Positions 36,503-46,912 of a stretch of 49,994 nucleotides of DNA are shown one piece after another. The position numbers were made by a program, and so were the translations under genes. Within the stretch, counting starts at the first letter, position 1. Each line of letters opens with the position of its first letter. The stretch covers positions 1-49,994 of the forward strand of contig JABMQH010000197.1 in assembly GCA_013203355.1 (NCBI GenBank), written 5' to 3'. The DNA is from Candidatus Omnitrophota bacterium. Its GTDB lineage: Bacteria; Omnitrophota; Gorgyraeia; JABMQH01. Below the pieces are notes generated by a model. That model was not told where the DNA came from. It made no database searches and saw only the letters and a list, made by a program, of their open reading frames with translations.

Positions 36503-36524
36503 AAAAGAAGGGGAGGCAAAACAC

Positions 36525-36737
36525 ATGAAGGCATTCTTGGTAGGATTGATTTTTTTGCTCGCTGTGATGATATTAGGCGTGGTAGGTATATTGCTCTTTC
36601 CGCTTCTTTTCGTCTTGGCCTGGATCTTTCGCGCGATAATAATGTTTGTGCTTGTTATAGTCGCTGTTTGGCTCTTAGGAAAGTTTATTATTTTCGTTTG
36701 GGAAGCAATGAGGAAGGAATATCCGCCAAATGGGTAA
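36525..36737 (+). CDS. Small two-TM membrane protein
   Basis: 70 aa, hydrophobic. GGAGG SD, and the stop overlaps the mtnA start. Confidence 0.75.
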   Translation: MKAFLVGLIFLLAVMILGVVGILLFPLLFVLAWIFRAIIMFVLVIVAVWLLGKFIIFVWEAMRKEYPPNG

Positions 36738-37776
36738 GGTATTCTCGACAATTGAATGGAAACAGGGCAAGGTAAGGCTTATTGACCAGACACGGCTTCC
36801 TGGGAAGTTGGTATATATTGACTGCAAGGACATAAAACCACTCTGGTATGCGATAAGGAAGCTTAAGGTCAGAGGCGCACCCGCCTTAGGGATCGCAGCC
36901 TCCTTGGGAGTTGTCTTAGGTCTAAAGGATTCCACGGCAAGGAATTTTTCTGATTTCGTAAAAGAGCTAGACGGTATAATCAGATATTTGGCTTCGGCAA
37001 GGCCTACGGCAGTTAATCTGTTCTGGGCACTCGAGAGGATGAAGAGGACTGCCTTAAAAAATGCCAAAAGACCCATAAGCCAGATAAAAAAGATATTGCT
37101 AAAAGAGGCCCTCAGTATAATGGAAGAGGATAAGAGGGCTTGTAGGCGGATGGCAACTTTCGGCGCGCGTCTTATTAGATCTGGGGATAGGATATTAACA
37201 CATTGTAACGCGGGGGCCCTGGCAACGGCCGATTACGGAACGGCCCTGGGTGTCATGTACAGGGCGAAGCAGGAGGGTAAAGATATCAAGGTGTACGTAG
37301 ATGAGACGCGTCCCCTTTTACAAGGCGCTCGCTTAACCGCCTGGGAACTGTTACAACACAAAATTGATGCAACCCTGATCTGCGATAACATGGCCGCTAC
37401 GTTAATGGCGCAGGGTAAGGTTGATAAGATTATTGTCGGGGCCGACAGAATTGCTTCGAACGGCGATGTGGCAAATAAAATAGGTACATATAGTTTAGCC
37501 GTATTGGCAGATTATCATAAAATTCCTTTTTACGTTGTCGCGCCTGTCTCAACTTTTGATTTTGCCTTAAAAAATGGGCGGAATATCCCAATTGAACAAC
37601 GGGACCCTAGAGAGGTAGCCGAAATCTGCAAAAAACGAATAGCGCCGAAGGGCGTTAAGGTGTACAATCCGGCATTTGATGTTACGCCAAACGCACTTAT
37701 TACGGCTATTGTGACTGAAAAAGGAATTTTCAAAAGAAGACCTTTTAGCAAGACGCTACGGAGACTTTACGTATAA
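36730..37776 (+). CDS. mtnA: S-methyl-5-thioribose-1-phosphate isomerase
   Basis: Motifs DQTRLP, VRGAPA, RPTAVNL, LTHCNAG, ETRPLLQGARLT, NKIGTY and NPAFDVTP. Confidence 0.95.
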   Translation: MGKVFSTIEWKQGKVRLIDQTRLPGKLVYIDCKDIKPLWYAIRKLKVRGAPALGIAASLGVVLGLKDSTARNFSDFVKELDGIIRYLASARPTAVNLFWALERMKRTALKNAKRPISQIKKILLKEALSIMEEDKRACRRMATFGARLIRSGDRILTHCNAGALATADYGTALGVMYRAKQEGKDIKVYVDETRPLLQGARLTAWELLQHKIDATLICDNMAATLMAQGKVDKIIVGADRIASNGDVANKIGTYSLAVLADYHKIPFYVVAPVSTFDFALKNGRNIPIEQRDPREVAEICKKRIAPKGVKVYNPAFDVTPNALITAIVTEKGIFKRRPFSKTLRRLYV

Positions 37777-37861
37777 ATAGAGACGTCTACCAAGCTAAAT
37801 AGGAACCTGTCTTGAATCCAAATAGGAAGCTGTAGCCCAGACGCTACAAGGGACTTAATCA

Positions 37862-38854
37862 ATGGAAGATGCAATAAAGAAATTCCGGCACTTTTTGGTT
37901 AAAGCCATAAAATTTGTTGTACGGGAAATAACATGCCGCCTGACAGCGATCCTTACGATTTTAAGGCCTTCATATAATTATTATCGGTATATATATATTA
38001 AGAAGATCCTATCTTCTGCGCCTATTGTTTGCAAAAAAGATTGTGCTCTGGAAATACATATCCTGATATGCGAGAAGGACGTTTATAATTTTTTATGGGC
38101 GATCAAGACGTTTTATCATTATTCAAGGATAGATTTTAATCTGATTCTACATGAAGACGGGACCTTAAGTCATAACTCACAGGATCTTATCCTCGAACAT
38201 ATACGGGATTGCAGGATCATCAAAAGGGCAGATGCCGACAAACAGCTAAAAACATTTCTAAAAGATTATCCGCTTAGTTTTAAATACAGATTTGACCGTC
38301 TGAATCCATTCAATCATCTCGCGCTTAAAATGTTTGATTTCTTTTTCTATTCTAATTCTGAATATTTTTTAAACTTGGATTCGGATGTTCTATGCTTTAA
38401 AAAACCGGATGACATTTTAGGCTATATAAAAGATAAACGTGCTTTTTCCAGTAGCGACCATAGATATGCATATTCCCTTCCGGTTGACGATTTAAAGAGG
38501 TTGTTTAAATTGGATATGCAGACTAATATTAATATCGGCGTCTTTTATTTCGATAAAAAAGCATGGGATGTAGAAATGATAGAATCCTTTCTCGCAGAGG
38601 CATTCAGAAACAATAAGCAATTTAGGCATTTTTGGGTCGACCAGACTAGTTATGCGCTACTTATCGCAAGGCACAATAAACCTTTTGTGCGATTAAATGA
38701 GAATTACCAGATATCTAAACAGAAAATAACCGCTCAGACAATTAGTCATCATTTTGTAAGTCCAGTCCGAAAGAATTTTTATCTCAAAGGACTCAGGTAC
38801 TTAAGAAAAATAAATTTCCTGGAAGAATTTAACAGAACACAACAACATACCTAA
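37862..38854 (+). CDS. Putative GT-A fold glycosyltransferase (GT8-like), AT-rich
   Basis: Motifs LHEDG, LDSDV (DxD), NIGV, DQT and HHF. Confidence 0.6.
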   Translation: MEDAIKKFRHFLVKAIKFVVREITCRLTAILTILRPSYNYYRYIYIKKILSSAPIVCKKDCALEIHILICEKDVYNFLWAIKTFYHYSRIDFNLILHEDGTLSHNSQDLILEHIRDCRIIKRADADKQLKTFLKDYPLSFKYRFDRLNPFNHLALKMFDFFFYSNSEYFLNLDSDVLCFKKPDDILGYIKDKRAFSSSDHRYAYSLPVDDLKRLFKLDMQTNINIGVFYFDKKAWDVEMIESFLAEAFRNNKQFRHFWVDQTSYALLIARHNKPFVRLNENYQISKQKITAQTISHHFVSPVRKNFYLKGLRYLRKINFLEEFNRTQQHT

Positions 38855-38865
38855 AACATATTCGC

Positions 38866-39774
38866 ATGAAACTAAACACAATAGGGGAGTTTGGGTTTAT
38901 AGAGAGACTTGCGAAGGGCATCAGGCCTAAGAGGTCCGTGGTAAAGGGCATAGGGGATGACGCTGCAGTGTTGCCCTGGATGAGGGATAAACATCTTCTG
39001 GCTACCTCGGATATGTTGATAGAAGGCGCGCATTTTAAAAAGACACAGCCGCCTGAGAAAATCGGCTGGAAGGCCGTCTGCTGCGGCGTAAGCGACATTG
39101 CCGCAATGGGAGGTCTTCCTAAATGGGCGCTGGTCTCTTGCGGCCTTCCAAAGGACCTGCCGGTTAAATATGCTGATGGGATCTATCGCGGCATTAAAAA
39201 AGCAGCGAAGTGCTTCAGCATAGATTTAGTCGGAGGCGATACAAACCGGTCTAAAAAAATAATTTTAGAAGTTGTTTTGCTTGGTGAAGTGAAAAAGAAA
39301 AATTTGGTATTAAGAAGCGGAGCAGAAGTCGGAGATTTTATTTTTGTTACAGGCTCACTTGGCGGCTCTATATATGGCAGGCATTTGAATTTTGTACCAA
39401 GGCTCAAAGAGGCACAGACGCTGGTTTCAAATTTTAAAGTAAATTCCATGATAGACTTGTCGGACGGGCTATCAAGCGATTTAAACCATATCGTAAAACA
39501 AAGCAAAGTCGGCGCGGCCATATATAAAGAATTGATACCAAAGTCAAAAAAGGCAAGGGGTGTCGAAGGGGCGATTTCCGACGGTGAAGATTTCGAACTT
39601 TTATTCACAATGCCGAAAAGTGATGCCTTCAGGCTGCTTGACTTAAAGCATAAACTATTTGGTATTCCGATTACAAGGATCGGAACGGTGACCGATAAAG
39701 AATTCGGCACAAGGATAATAGACATATTTGGCGGGATGCAGGCAGTAAGACCGAAAGGGTTCAGGCATTTTTGA
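38866..39774 (+). CDS. thiL: Thiamine-monophosphate kinase
   Basis: Motifs GEFGFI, GIGDDAA, SDIAAMGG, GGDT, IDLSDGL and GEDFELLFT. Confidence 0.95.
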   Translation: MKLNTIGEFGFIERLAKGIRPKRSVVKGIGDDAAVLPWMRDKHLLATSDMLIEGAHFKKTQPPEKIGWKAVCCGVSDIAAMGGLPKWALVSCGLPKDLPVKYADGIYRGIKKAAKCFSIDLVGGDTNRSKKIILEVVLLGEVKKKNLVLRSGAEVGDFIFVTGSLGGSIYGRHLNFVPRLKEAQTLVSNFKVNSMIDLSDGLSSDLNHIVKQSKVGAAIYKELIPKSKKARGVEGAISDGEDFELLFTMPKSDAFRLLDLKHKLFGIPITRIGTVTDKEFGTRIIDIFGGMQAVRPKGFRHF

Positions 39775-40190
39775 AGACATATATAACGAAAACCAGAGAG
39801 GCAACGATAAAATTAGGCGAAAAACTCGCCAGGACCCTTAAAGGCGGACAGATAGTAGCGTTGATCGGTGAGCTGGGAAGCGGGAAGACTACGCTTACGA
39901 AAGGGATCGCAAAAGGCCTGGGTGTAAAAAATTCCCGTTATGTAAATAGCCCTTCTTTCGTGATCATTAAAGAGTATCGCGGCAAAAAGCCCCTTTATCA
40001 TTTTGATATATTCAGGCTGGATTCTGTTAAGGATTTGGACACCATTGGATATGAAGAGTATTTTTACGGCAACGGTATATGTGTAGTTGAATGGGCCGAC
40101 AAGATAAAGAAATTGTTGCCTAAAAAGTATTTAGAGATCAAGATCAAGATACTGAAGAACAATGATCGGAAGATCAAGATAAGGAAATAA
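39771..40190 (+). CDS. tsaE: tRNA threonylcarbamoyladenosine biosynthesis ATPase
   Basis: Motifs GELGSGKTT, VNSPSF, YHFDIFRL and VEWA. TTG start. Confidence 0.95.
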   Translation: MKTYITKTREATIKLGEKLARTLKGGQIVALIGELGSGKTTLTKGIAKGLGVKNSRYVNSPSFVIIKEYRGKKPLYHFDIFRLDSVKDLDTIGYEEYFYGNGICVVEWADKIKKLLPKKYLEIKIKILKNNDRKIKIRK

Positions 40191-40192
40191 GC

Positions 40193-40876
40193 ATGAGAGT
40201 TTTGGCGATAGACACCTCAAGTAAGGTCCTGGGGGTGGCGGTTTTGGATGAAGACGGACGCGAGGTGGAATTTAATCATAGTTTTGAGTTAAGGCATGCC
40301 TCGCACCTTATTCCGACGATAAAAAAGTTGCTTGATTTTGCCAACCTGAAACTGAAAGACTTGGATGCCTACTGCATCAGCATAGGGCCGGGCTCATTTA
40401 CGGGCTTGAGGATCGGGGTGTCAACGGTAAAGGCGTTAAATATCGTTTATAACAAGAAGATTATTGCAGTACCAAGCCTGGATGTTTTGGCGTATAATAT
40501 ACCATATACAAAAGCAACGATCTGCGTGGCCATTGATGCCAAGAAAGAAAAATTTTATTCGTGTTTTTATAAATATAAGGGCACTGCGTTAAAACGGTTT
40601 TCGACTTGCAAATTAATGGGCCTGGATGAATTATCGGAAAGGATCCAAGCCGCCAGGCCTATTGTGCTTCTGGGGGACGGGATAGATAAATTGAAAACAA
40701 AAGATCAAAACCCAAAAAGCGGCATAAAAATTACCAAACAGGAACTCTGGCTTCCAAGAGCGATGAATACAGCCAGGATCGGGCTGGAGATGCTGAAAAA
40801 AGGTAAGGTCGTAAAGGATGCGGATAAATTGACCCCTCTTTATTTGCACCCGAGGGATGTGCAATGCAGAAAATGA
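40193..40876 (+). CDS. tsaB: tRNA threonylcarbamoyladenosine biosynthesis protein
   Basis: Motifs LAIDTS, GPGSFTGLRIG, IDAKK and PLY. Confidence 0.95.
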   Translation: MRVLAIDTSSKVLGVAVLDEDGREVEFNHSFELRHASHLIPTIKKLLDFANLKLKDLDAYCISIGPGSFTGLRIGVSTVKALNIVYNKKIIAVPSLDVLAYNIPYTKATICVAIDAKKEKFYSCFYKYKGTALKRFSTCKLMGLDELSERIQAARPIVLLGDGIDKLKTKDQNPKSGIKITKQELWLPRAMNTARIGLEMLKKGKVVKDADKLTPLYLHPRDVQCRK

Positions 40877-41991
40877 CTCATTATAGACCAACCTGGGCTG
40901 AAGTAGACCTGAATGCCATAAGGTATAATTTTGACCAGATAAGGCATTTTGTTTCAAAGGGCATTAATATAATGGTTGTCGTTAAAGCGAACGCGTATGG
41001 CCATGGCATAACCGAGGTGTCAAAAGTATTAACAAAGGCAGGCGTGGATTTTTTAGGCGTGGCAACCATGGATGAGGCGGTTAAGTTAAGAAAGGGCGGT
41101 ATAAAAAAACCCATCCTGGTGTTGGGCTCAATTTTGTCGGGAGAGATCGGGATTGCCCTTGAAAATGATATCACGCTTACACTATGCAATAACGAGTTGT
41201 TAAGAGAGTTGGATAAAGCCGCCCAAGCAAAAAAGGTTAAGGCGAAGGTCCACGTGAAGGTAGATACGGGGATGGGCCGCATCGGTGTATGGCATCAGGA
41301 CGCCTTTAATTTTGTAAGGCGGCTGGCAAACCACGGGACGATCATCATCGACGGCATTTATACCCATCTTTCGAGCGCGGGCCGAGACGACTTTTTTACA
41401 AATTACCAGATTGAATCCTTTGAGGAATTGCTTAACCGCCTGGATAGGAGCGGCATAGAGATCCCTCTCAGGCATGCCGCCAATAGTATTGCGACAGTTG
41501 ACTTTAAGAGGGCGCACTTGAATATGGTAAGGCCCGGCATAATAATCTACGGGATGTACCCGAAGAAAAATTTCAGCAAATTTTTGAAATTAAAACCCGC
41601 CTTGAGTTTAAAGACAAAAGTTGTTTATTTGAAACAAATTCCCCCGGGCAGGTCCATCAGTTATGGCAGAACCTACATAACGGATAAGGACACAAATATC
41701 GCGACGATCCCTATAGGATATGCGGACGGTTATGGGCGCATCCTCTCCAATAAGGCGTATGTATTGGTAAAAGGTAAGAGGGCAAGGGTAGTCGGCAAGG
41801 TTACAATGGATCAGGTTATGATTGATGTCGGTCATATAAGGGGAGTCAAGCTTGGAGATGAGGTTGTTCTGATCGGAAAACAGGGGAAGGATCAGATAAC
41901 AACCGAAGAACTCGCAAGACTTTGCGGCACAATACCTTATGAAATAGCCTGCTCTATCGGTTCCCGCGTCCCGCGTGTCTACAAACCCTAA
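40864..41991 (+). CDS. alr: Alanine racemase
   Basis: Motifs VVKANAYGHG, HVKVDTGMGRIG, VRPG, ISYG and GYADG. Confidence 0.97.
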   Translation: MQKMTHYRPTWAEVDLNAIRYNFDQIRHFVSKGINIMVVVKANAYGHGITEVSKVLTKAGVDFLGVATMDEAVKLRKGGIKKPILVLGSILSGEIGIALENDITLTLCNNELLRELDKAAQAKKVKAKVHVKVDTGMGRIGVWHQDAFNFVRRLANHGTIIIDGIYTHLSSAGRDDFFTNYQIESFEELLNRLDRSGIEIPLRHAANSIATVDFKRAHLNMVRPGIIIYGMYPKKNFSKFLKLKPALSLKTKVVYLKQIPPGRSISYGRTYITDKDTNIATIPIGYADGYGRILSNKAYVLVKGKRARVVGKVTMDQVMIDVGHIRGVKLGDEVVLIGKQGKDQITTEELARLCGTIPYEIACSIGSRVPRVYKP

Positions 41992-42004
41992 ATCGGTAAT
42001 TTTT

Positions 42005-42032
42005 TTGACTTTTATATATAATATGATATAAT
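42005..42032 (+). promoter_or_regulatory. Sigma70 promoter of the ilv-leu operon
   Basis: TTGACT(42005-42010)-16 nt-TATAAT(42027-42032) with extended -10 TG. Confidence 0.7.
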
Positions 42033-42079
42033 TAACGGTTGACATACGCTATATAACCTAATCATACAAAGGAGTACTT

Positions 42080-43738
42080 ATGAAGAGCGATAAGATTAAA
42101 AGAGGACTCGAAAGAATGCCCCATAGGGCATTACTATATGCCACGGGTGTGTCAAAACCGGACATGGCAAAACCTTTTATTGCAGTTGCCTCAAGTGCTA
42201 CCGATATAATCCCTGGCCATATTGGAATGAAGCGCCTCGAAAGGTTTGTTGAGCGCGGGATTTGCGCGGGAGGAGGAGTGCCATTTTTCTTTGGAGTACC
42301 GGGTATATGCGACGGCATTGCCATGGGGCATACCGGAATGAAATGTTCCCTTCCTTCAAGAGAATTGATTGCCGATATAGTCGAAATGGTTACCATGGCC
42401 CATTGTTTTGACGGGCTGGTTTGCCTTACTAATTGCGACAAAATTACGCCCGGGATGCTTATGGCGGTTGCGAGGCTCAACATCCCTTCGATAATTGTTA
42501 CCGCGGGCCCAATGCTATCAGGCAGGTACAAGGGCAAGAGGCTCTCTTTGGTTGCGGATACATTCGAGGCAATAGGCAAGTTTAAAAAAGGACAGATCTC
42601 ACAGGAGGACTTACAGGAGTTGGAGATCCGCGCCTGCCCCGGGATGGGGTCCTGCCAGGGGCTTTATACAGCCAACACAATGAGCTGTTTGACGGAAGGG
42701 ATGGGATTGAGTTTACCGGGCTGCGCGACATCGCTTGCCATTTCCGCAGATAAGGATAGAATTGCATATGCCAGCGGAGAACGAATTGTAAATCTGGTGA
42801 GGAGAAATGTTTCTCCCTCCACCATCATGACAAAGGCAACATTTGAAAACGCAATACGTATAGATATGGCTTTGGGTGGCTCAACCAATACGGTATTGCA
42901 CCTTGTAGCCATTGCGAAGGAAGCGGGTATTGATTTGCCGCTTAGCCTTTTTGATAAGATCAGCAAAACCACTCCCCATATTTCAAGTATATTGCCCAGC
43001 GGGAAATACTATATGGAAGACCTGGATGCCGCAGGAGGCATACCTGCTGTGATGAAAAGGCTTGGAAGCCTATTGCATGACCGCATGACCTTAAGCGGTA
43101 AGTCCATCAACCAGATTGCAAGAGAGTCCAAGATTTTCGATGAGGATGTGATCCGGCCGGTTAAGAACCCCTACCACAAAGAAGGGGGAATTGCTGTATT
43201 GAAAGGAAATATTGCGCCAAACGGGGCAGTGGTGAAGCAAATCGCCATTTCCTCGAAAATGCTTAAATTCAAAGGAAAGGCGGTTGTTTTTGACGCTGAA
43301 GAAAGAGCGATGAAAGCGATCTTAGACGGCGACATTAAACGAGGCAGTGTCGTAGTAATTAGATACGAAGGCCCAAAGGGCAGCCCCGGGATGAGAGAGA
43401 TGCTGAGCCCGACCTCCGCGATAGTTGGTATGGGCCTTGCTGAAGATGTAGCATTAATTACCGACGGCCGGTTCTCAGGTGGGACGCAAGGACCTTGCAT
43501 TGGACATATTTCACCCGAGGCAGCGGCAGGCGGGCCGATAGCCGTCTTGAAAGACGGGGATGAGATCATAATAGATATTCCCAACAGAAAATTGGATGCA
43601 AAACTGACACAGTTCGAGATAAGGTCGCGGCTTTCACATTGGAAGCCGCCTGAACAAAAAGTGAAAAATGGATATCTGGCAAGGTATGCGAAGCTTGCTA
43701 CTTCTGCCGATAAAGGTGCCATTTTGGAGGACGAATGA
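42080..43738 (+). CDS. ilvD: Dihydroxy-acid dehydratase
   Basis: Motifs [40 protein letters not shown] and TDGRFSG. Confidence 0.97.
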   Translation: MKSDKIKRGLERMPHRALLYATGVSKPDMAKPFIAVASSATDIIPGHIGMKRLERFVERGICAGGGVPFFFGVPGICDGIAMGHTGMKCSLPSRELIADIVEMVTMAHCFDGLVCLTNCDKITPGMLMAVARLNIPSIIVTAGPMLSGRYKGKRLSLVADTFEAIGKFKKGQISQEDLQELEIRACPGMGSCQGLYTANTMSCLTEGMGLSLPGCATSLAISADKDRIAYASGERIVNLVRRNVSPSTIMTKATFENAIRIDMALGGSTNTVLHLVAIAKEAGIDLPLSLFDKISKTTPHISSILPSGKYYMEDLDAAGGIPAVMKRLGSLLHDRMTLSGKSINQIARESKIFDEDVIRPVKNPYHKEGGIAVLKGNIAPNGAVVKQIAISSKMLKFKGKAVVFDAEERAMKAILDGDIKRGSVVVIRYEGPKGSPGMREMLSPTSAIVGMGLAEDVALITDGRFSGGTQGPCIGHISPEAAAGGPIAVLKDGDEIIIDIPNRKLDAKLTQFEIRSRLSHWKPPEQKVKNGYLARYAKLATSADKGAILEDE

Positions 43739-45417
43739 AACTTACAGGCGCAAAGATATTAATTGAGTGTTTAAAAAAGGAAGGCGTTGATGTGATGTTT
43801 GGTTATCCCGGCGGTGTGCTTTTGCCTATCTTTGATGTTCTATATGATGCACCGATAAGATTTATCCTGGTAAGACATGAGCAGGCCGCGGCACACGCGG
43901 CGGATGGATATGCAAGGGCAACCGGCAAGGTTGGTGTCTGCATGGCCACCTCCGGACCCGGAGCCACCAACCTGGTTACGGGTATTGCAACGGCTTATAT
44001 GGATTCAATACCTATGGTTGCGATCACAGGCCAGGTAAAAACCGCATTGATCGGCAATGATGCTTTCCAGGAAGCCGATGTAACAGGTATCACAAGACCC
44101 ATTACGAAACATAATTATCTGGTTAAAAGGATCGAAGATTTAGCCACAACTGTTAAAGAGGCGTTTCATATTGCCTCAACGGGTAGGCCAGGGCCTGTTC
44201 TTATCGATATACCTGTAGATATCCAGATGATGGAAACCGAGTTTAAATATCCACCAGAAGTCTCAATGAAGGGATATAAGCCGACGTATTCCGGGCATCC
44301 GGGTCAGATTAAAAAAGCGGCTAAGGCGATAGCGAACTCCAAAAGGCCGATAATCTATGCAGGTGGCGGAGTAATTATATCCGGGGCCGCAGCGGAATTA
44401 AAAGAACTGGCAGAAAAGATTAAGGCGCCTGTTACTACAACGCTTCTGGGGTTAGGGGCCTTCCCTGAGACACATGAGCTTTCTTTAGGCATGTTGGGGA
44501 TGCATGGCACCGCCTATGCGAACCACGCTATCATGGAAAGCGATATGATAATCGCGGTTGGTTCGCGTTTCGATGATCGCGTTACGGGCCGCCTTGATGC
44601 GTTTGCACCGAATGCAAAGGTCATTCATATTGATATCGATCCTTCAAGCGTCTCAAAGAATGTAGCGGTTGATATCCCTATCGTAGGGGATGCAAAAAAT
44701 ATTTTAATAGAGTTGAACAAGGTTATAAAAAAACCGGATACCGATCAGTGGCTAAAGCGGACATACGATTGGGTGAAGCATCATCCATTGCGCTACAACG
44801 ATAGCGACAAGAAGATAAAACCGCAGTATGTTGTCGAGCAAATTTACGAGGCCGCTAAGGACAATGCCATAATATGCACTGAGGTGGGGCAGAATCAGAT
44901 GTGGGCGGCTCAATTCTATAAGTATACGCAGCCGCGTACGTATATTTCAAGCGGCGGACTGGGCACGATGGGCTATGGTTTCCCCGCAGCTATCGGCGCC
45001 AAGATAGGCTGTCCCGAGAAAACAGTTTTTGATATCGCGGGCGATGGTTCGATCCAGATGAACATTCAGGAATTGGCAACGGCAGTTATAGACAAGATCC
45101 CTGTTAAGGTAGCGATTTTAAACAACGGCTACTTAGGCATGGTGAGGCAATGGCAGGAGCTATTTTATAAGAAAAGGTATTCGCATACGTACCTTACTCG
45201 CGATATACCGGATTTTGTTAAGGTGGCCGAGGCCTATGGCGCAGTTGGCATAAGGGTTACGAAGAAGGGCGAAGTAAGGCCCGCTATAGAAAAGGCAATG
45301 GAGATTGATAAACCAGTATTTCTGGATTTCATCGTAGAAGAAGAGGAAAATGTGTTCCCAATGGTGCCGGCAGGCGAGGCGATAAACAAGATGATTATGA
45401 TAGGGAGCTTAGCATGA
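43735..45417 (+). CDS. ilvB: Acetolactate synthase large subunit
   Basis: Motifs [25 protein letters not shown] and GDGS...[11 protein letters not shown]. Confidence 0.97.
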   Translation: MKLTGAKILIECLKKEGVDVMFGYPGGVLLPIFDVLYDAPIRFILVRHEQAAAHAADGYARATGKVGVCMATSGPGATNLVTGIATAYMDSIPMVAITGQVKTALIGNDAFQEADVTGITRPITKHNYLVKRIEDLATTVKEAFHIASTGRPGPVLIDIPVDIQMMETEFKYPPEVSMKGYKPTYSGHPGQIKKAAKAIANSKRPIIYAGGGVIISGAAAELKELAEKIKAPVTTTLLGLGAFPETHELSLGMLGMHGTAYANHAIMESDMIIAVGSRFDDRVTGRLDAFAPNAKVIHIDIDPSSVSKNVAVDIPIVGDAKNILIELNKVIKKPDTDQWLKRTYDWVKHHPLRYNDSDKKIKPQYVVEQIYEAAKDNAIICTEVGQNQMWAAQFYKYTQPRTYISSGGLGTMGYGFPAAIGAKIGCPEKTVFDIAGDGSIQMNIQELATAVIDKIPVKVAILNNGYLGMVRQWQELFYKKRYSHTYLTRDIPDFVKVAEAYGAVGIRVTKKGEVRPAIEKAMEIDKPVFLDFIVEEEENVFPMVPAGEAINKMIMIGSLA

Positions 45418-45887
45418 AACATATAATATCTGCTTTAGTAGAGAATAAATTCGGAGTACTTGCGCGCATTGCGGGATTATTCAGCGCCCGTGGTTTTAAT
45501 ATCGGTTCCCTGGCGGTGGGAGAGACGGAGGATCCAAGCGTCTCGAGGATAACTATTGTTGTTAATGCCGATGACAGGATCTTGGAACAGGTCAAAAAAC
45601 AGTTAAATAAACTGGTAGATATTATAAGCGTAACGGACCTTACAAAAAAAGGTTTCATCGACAGAGAGCTTTTGCTTTTTAAGGTGGATGTGGACCAGTC
45701 CAACAAGGCAAAGGTCGGACATTTTCTGGAAAAGAATCATGCCAAGATTCTGCATTCGGGGGCACGTTCGGTAACAGTGGAATTCGTTGGCGACCAGCAG
45801 CATGTGTCAAAGCTTTTAGAAAGCTTAAAGGAATATGGCATAAACGACGTGGTGAGAACCGGCCGTATTGCTTTAGCAAAGGAATAA
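45414..45887 (+). CDS. ilvN: Acetolactate synthase small subunit
   Basis: ACT domain [21 protein letters not shown], then QLNKL and RTG. Confidence 0.93.
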   Translation: MKHIISALVENKFGVLARIAGLFSARGFNIGSLAVGETEDPSVSRITIVVNADDRILEQVKKQLNKLVDIISVTDLTKKGFIDRELLLFKVDVDQSNKAKVGHFLEKNHAKILHSGARSVTVEFVGDQQHVSKLLESLKEYGINDVVRTGRIALAKE

Positions 45888-45918
45888 TCAATTCACAAAA
45901 CGCGAGGAGGAATTTCGA

Positions 45919-46908
45919 ATGGCAAAGGTTTATTACGACAATGATGCGGATCTGAATATACTGAAGGGTAAAAAGATCGCGATAATCGGGTATGGCATTC
46001 AGGGAAGGGGCCAGTCCTTGTGCCTGCGCGATTCAGGCTGCGATGTTATAGTATCGGAGCTGCAGGGGACACCGAATTATGAGAAGGCAAAAGCCGACGG
46101 CTTTAATCCGGTTCCGGTATTTGAGGCGTGCAAAGAAGCGGATATAATTCAAATCCTCACGCAGGACCATATCCAGGCAAAGGTTTACAAAGAAGGTGTT
46201 AAGCCAAATCTAAAAAAAGGAAAGGCCCTCTGTTTTTCTCACGGTTTTAACATACGCTTTAAACAGATAAAGCCTCCGAAAAAAGTAGATGTATTTATGG
46301 TTGCGCCAAAAGGACCGGGGGCGCTTGTGAGACAGATGTATGAACAGGGTAAAGGCGTGCCGTGCCTTCTGGCCGTATTTCAAGATTCATCGGGACAGGC
46401 AAAACAGATAGGCCTTGCTTATGCAAAGGCGATCGGTGGCACAAGGGCAGGCGTTATAGAGACGACCTTTGACGAAGAGACCGAGACGGATCTTTTCGGA
46501 GAGCAAACCGTTTTGTGCGGAGGCGTGACAGAGTTGATAAAAGCAGGGTTTGACACCCTTATTGAAGAAGGCTATCAACCGGAGATCGCGTATTTTGAGG
46601 TTCTGCACGAATTAAAATTGATTACTGACTTGATCCAGCAGCATGGGATAGGCGGGATGCGCCGCCGTGTTTCAGATACCGCCTGTTACGGAGATTTAAC
46701 GCGCGGGAAGAAGATCATTACCGAAAAAACACGCAAGGATATGAAGAAGATCTTAAAGGCGATTAAGTCCGGTAAGTTCGCGAGGGAATGGATCAAGGAA
46801 AACGAAGCCGGAAGACCTGTTTTTGATAAATTGCTGAAAGAAGGGGATGAGCATCGGATAGAGAAGGTAGGCCGGGAATTACGCAACATGATGCCATGGA
46901 TGAAATAA
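45919..46908 (+). CDS. ilvC: Ketol-acid reductoisomerase (class I)
   Basis: Motifs [28 protein letters not shown] and AYFEVLHE. Confidence 0.97.
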   Translation: MAKVYYDNDADLNILKGKKIAIIGYGIQGRGQSLCLRDSGCDVIVSELQGTPNYEKAKADGFNPVPVFEACKEADIIQILTQDHIQAKVYKEGVKPNLKKGKALCFSHGFNIRFKQIKPPKKVDVFMVAPKGPGALVRQMYEQGKGVPCLLAVFQDSSGQAKQIGLAYAKAIGGTRAGVIETTFDEETETDLFGEQTVLCGGVTELIKAGFDTLIEEGYQPEIAYFEVLHELKLITDLIQQHGIGGMRRRVSDTACYGDLTRGKKIITEKTRKDMKKILKAIKSGKFAREWIKENEAGRPVFDKLLKEGDEHRIEKVGRELRNMMPWMK

Positions 46909-46912
46909 AACG

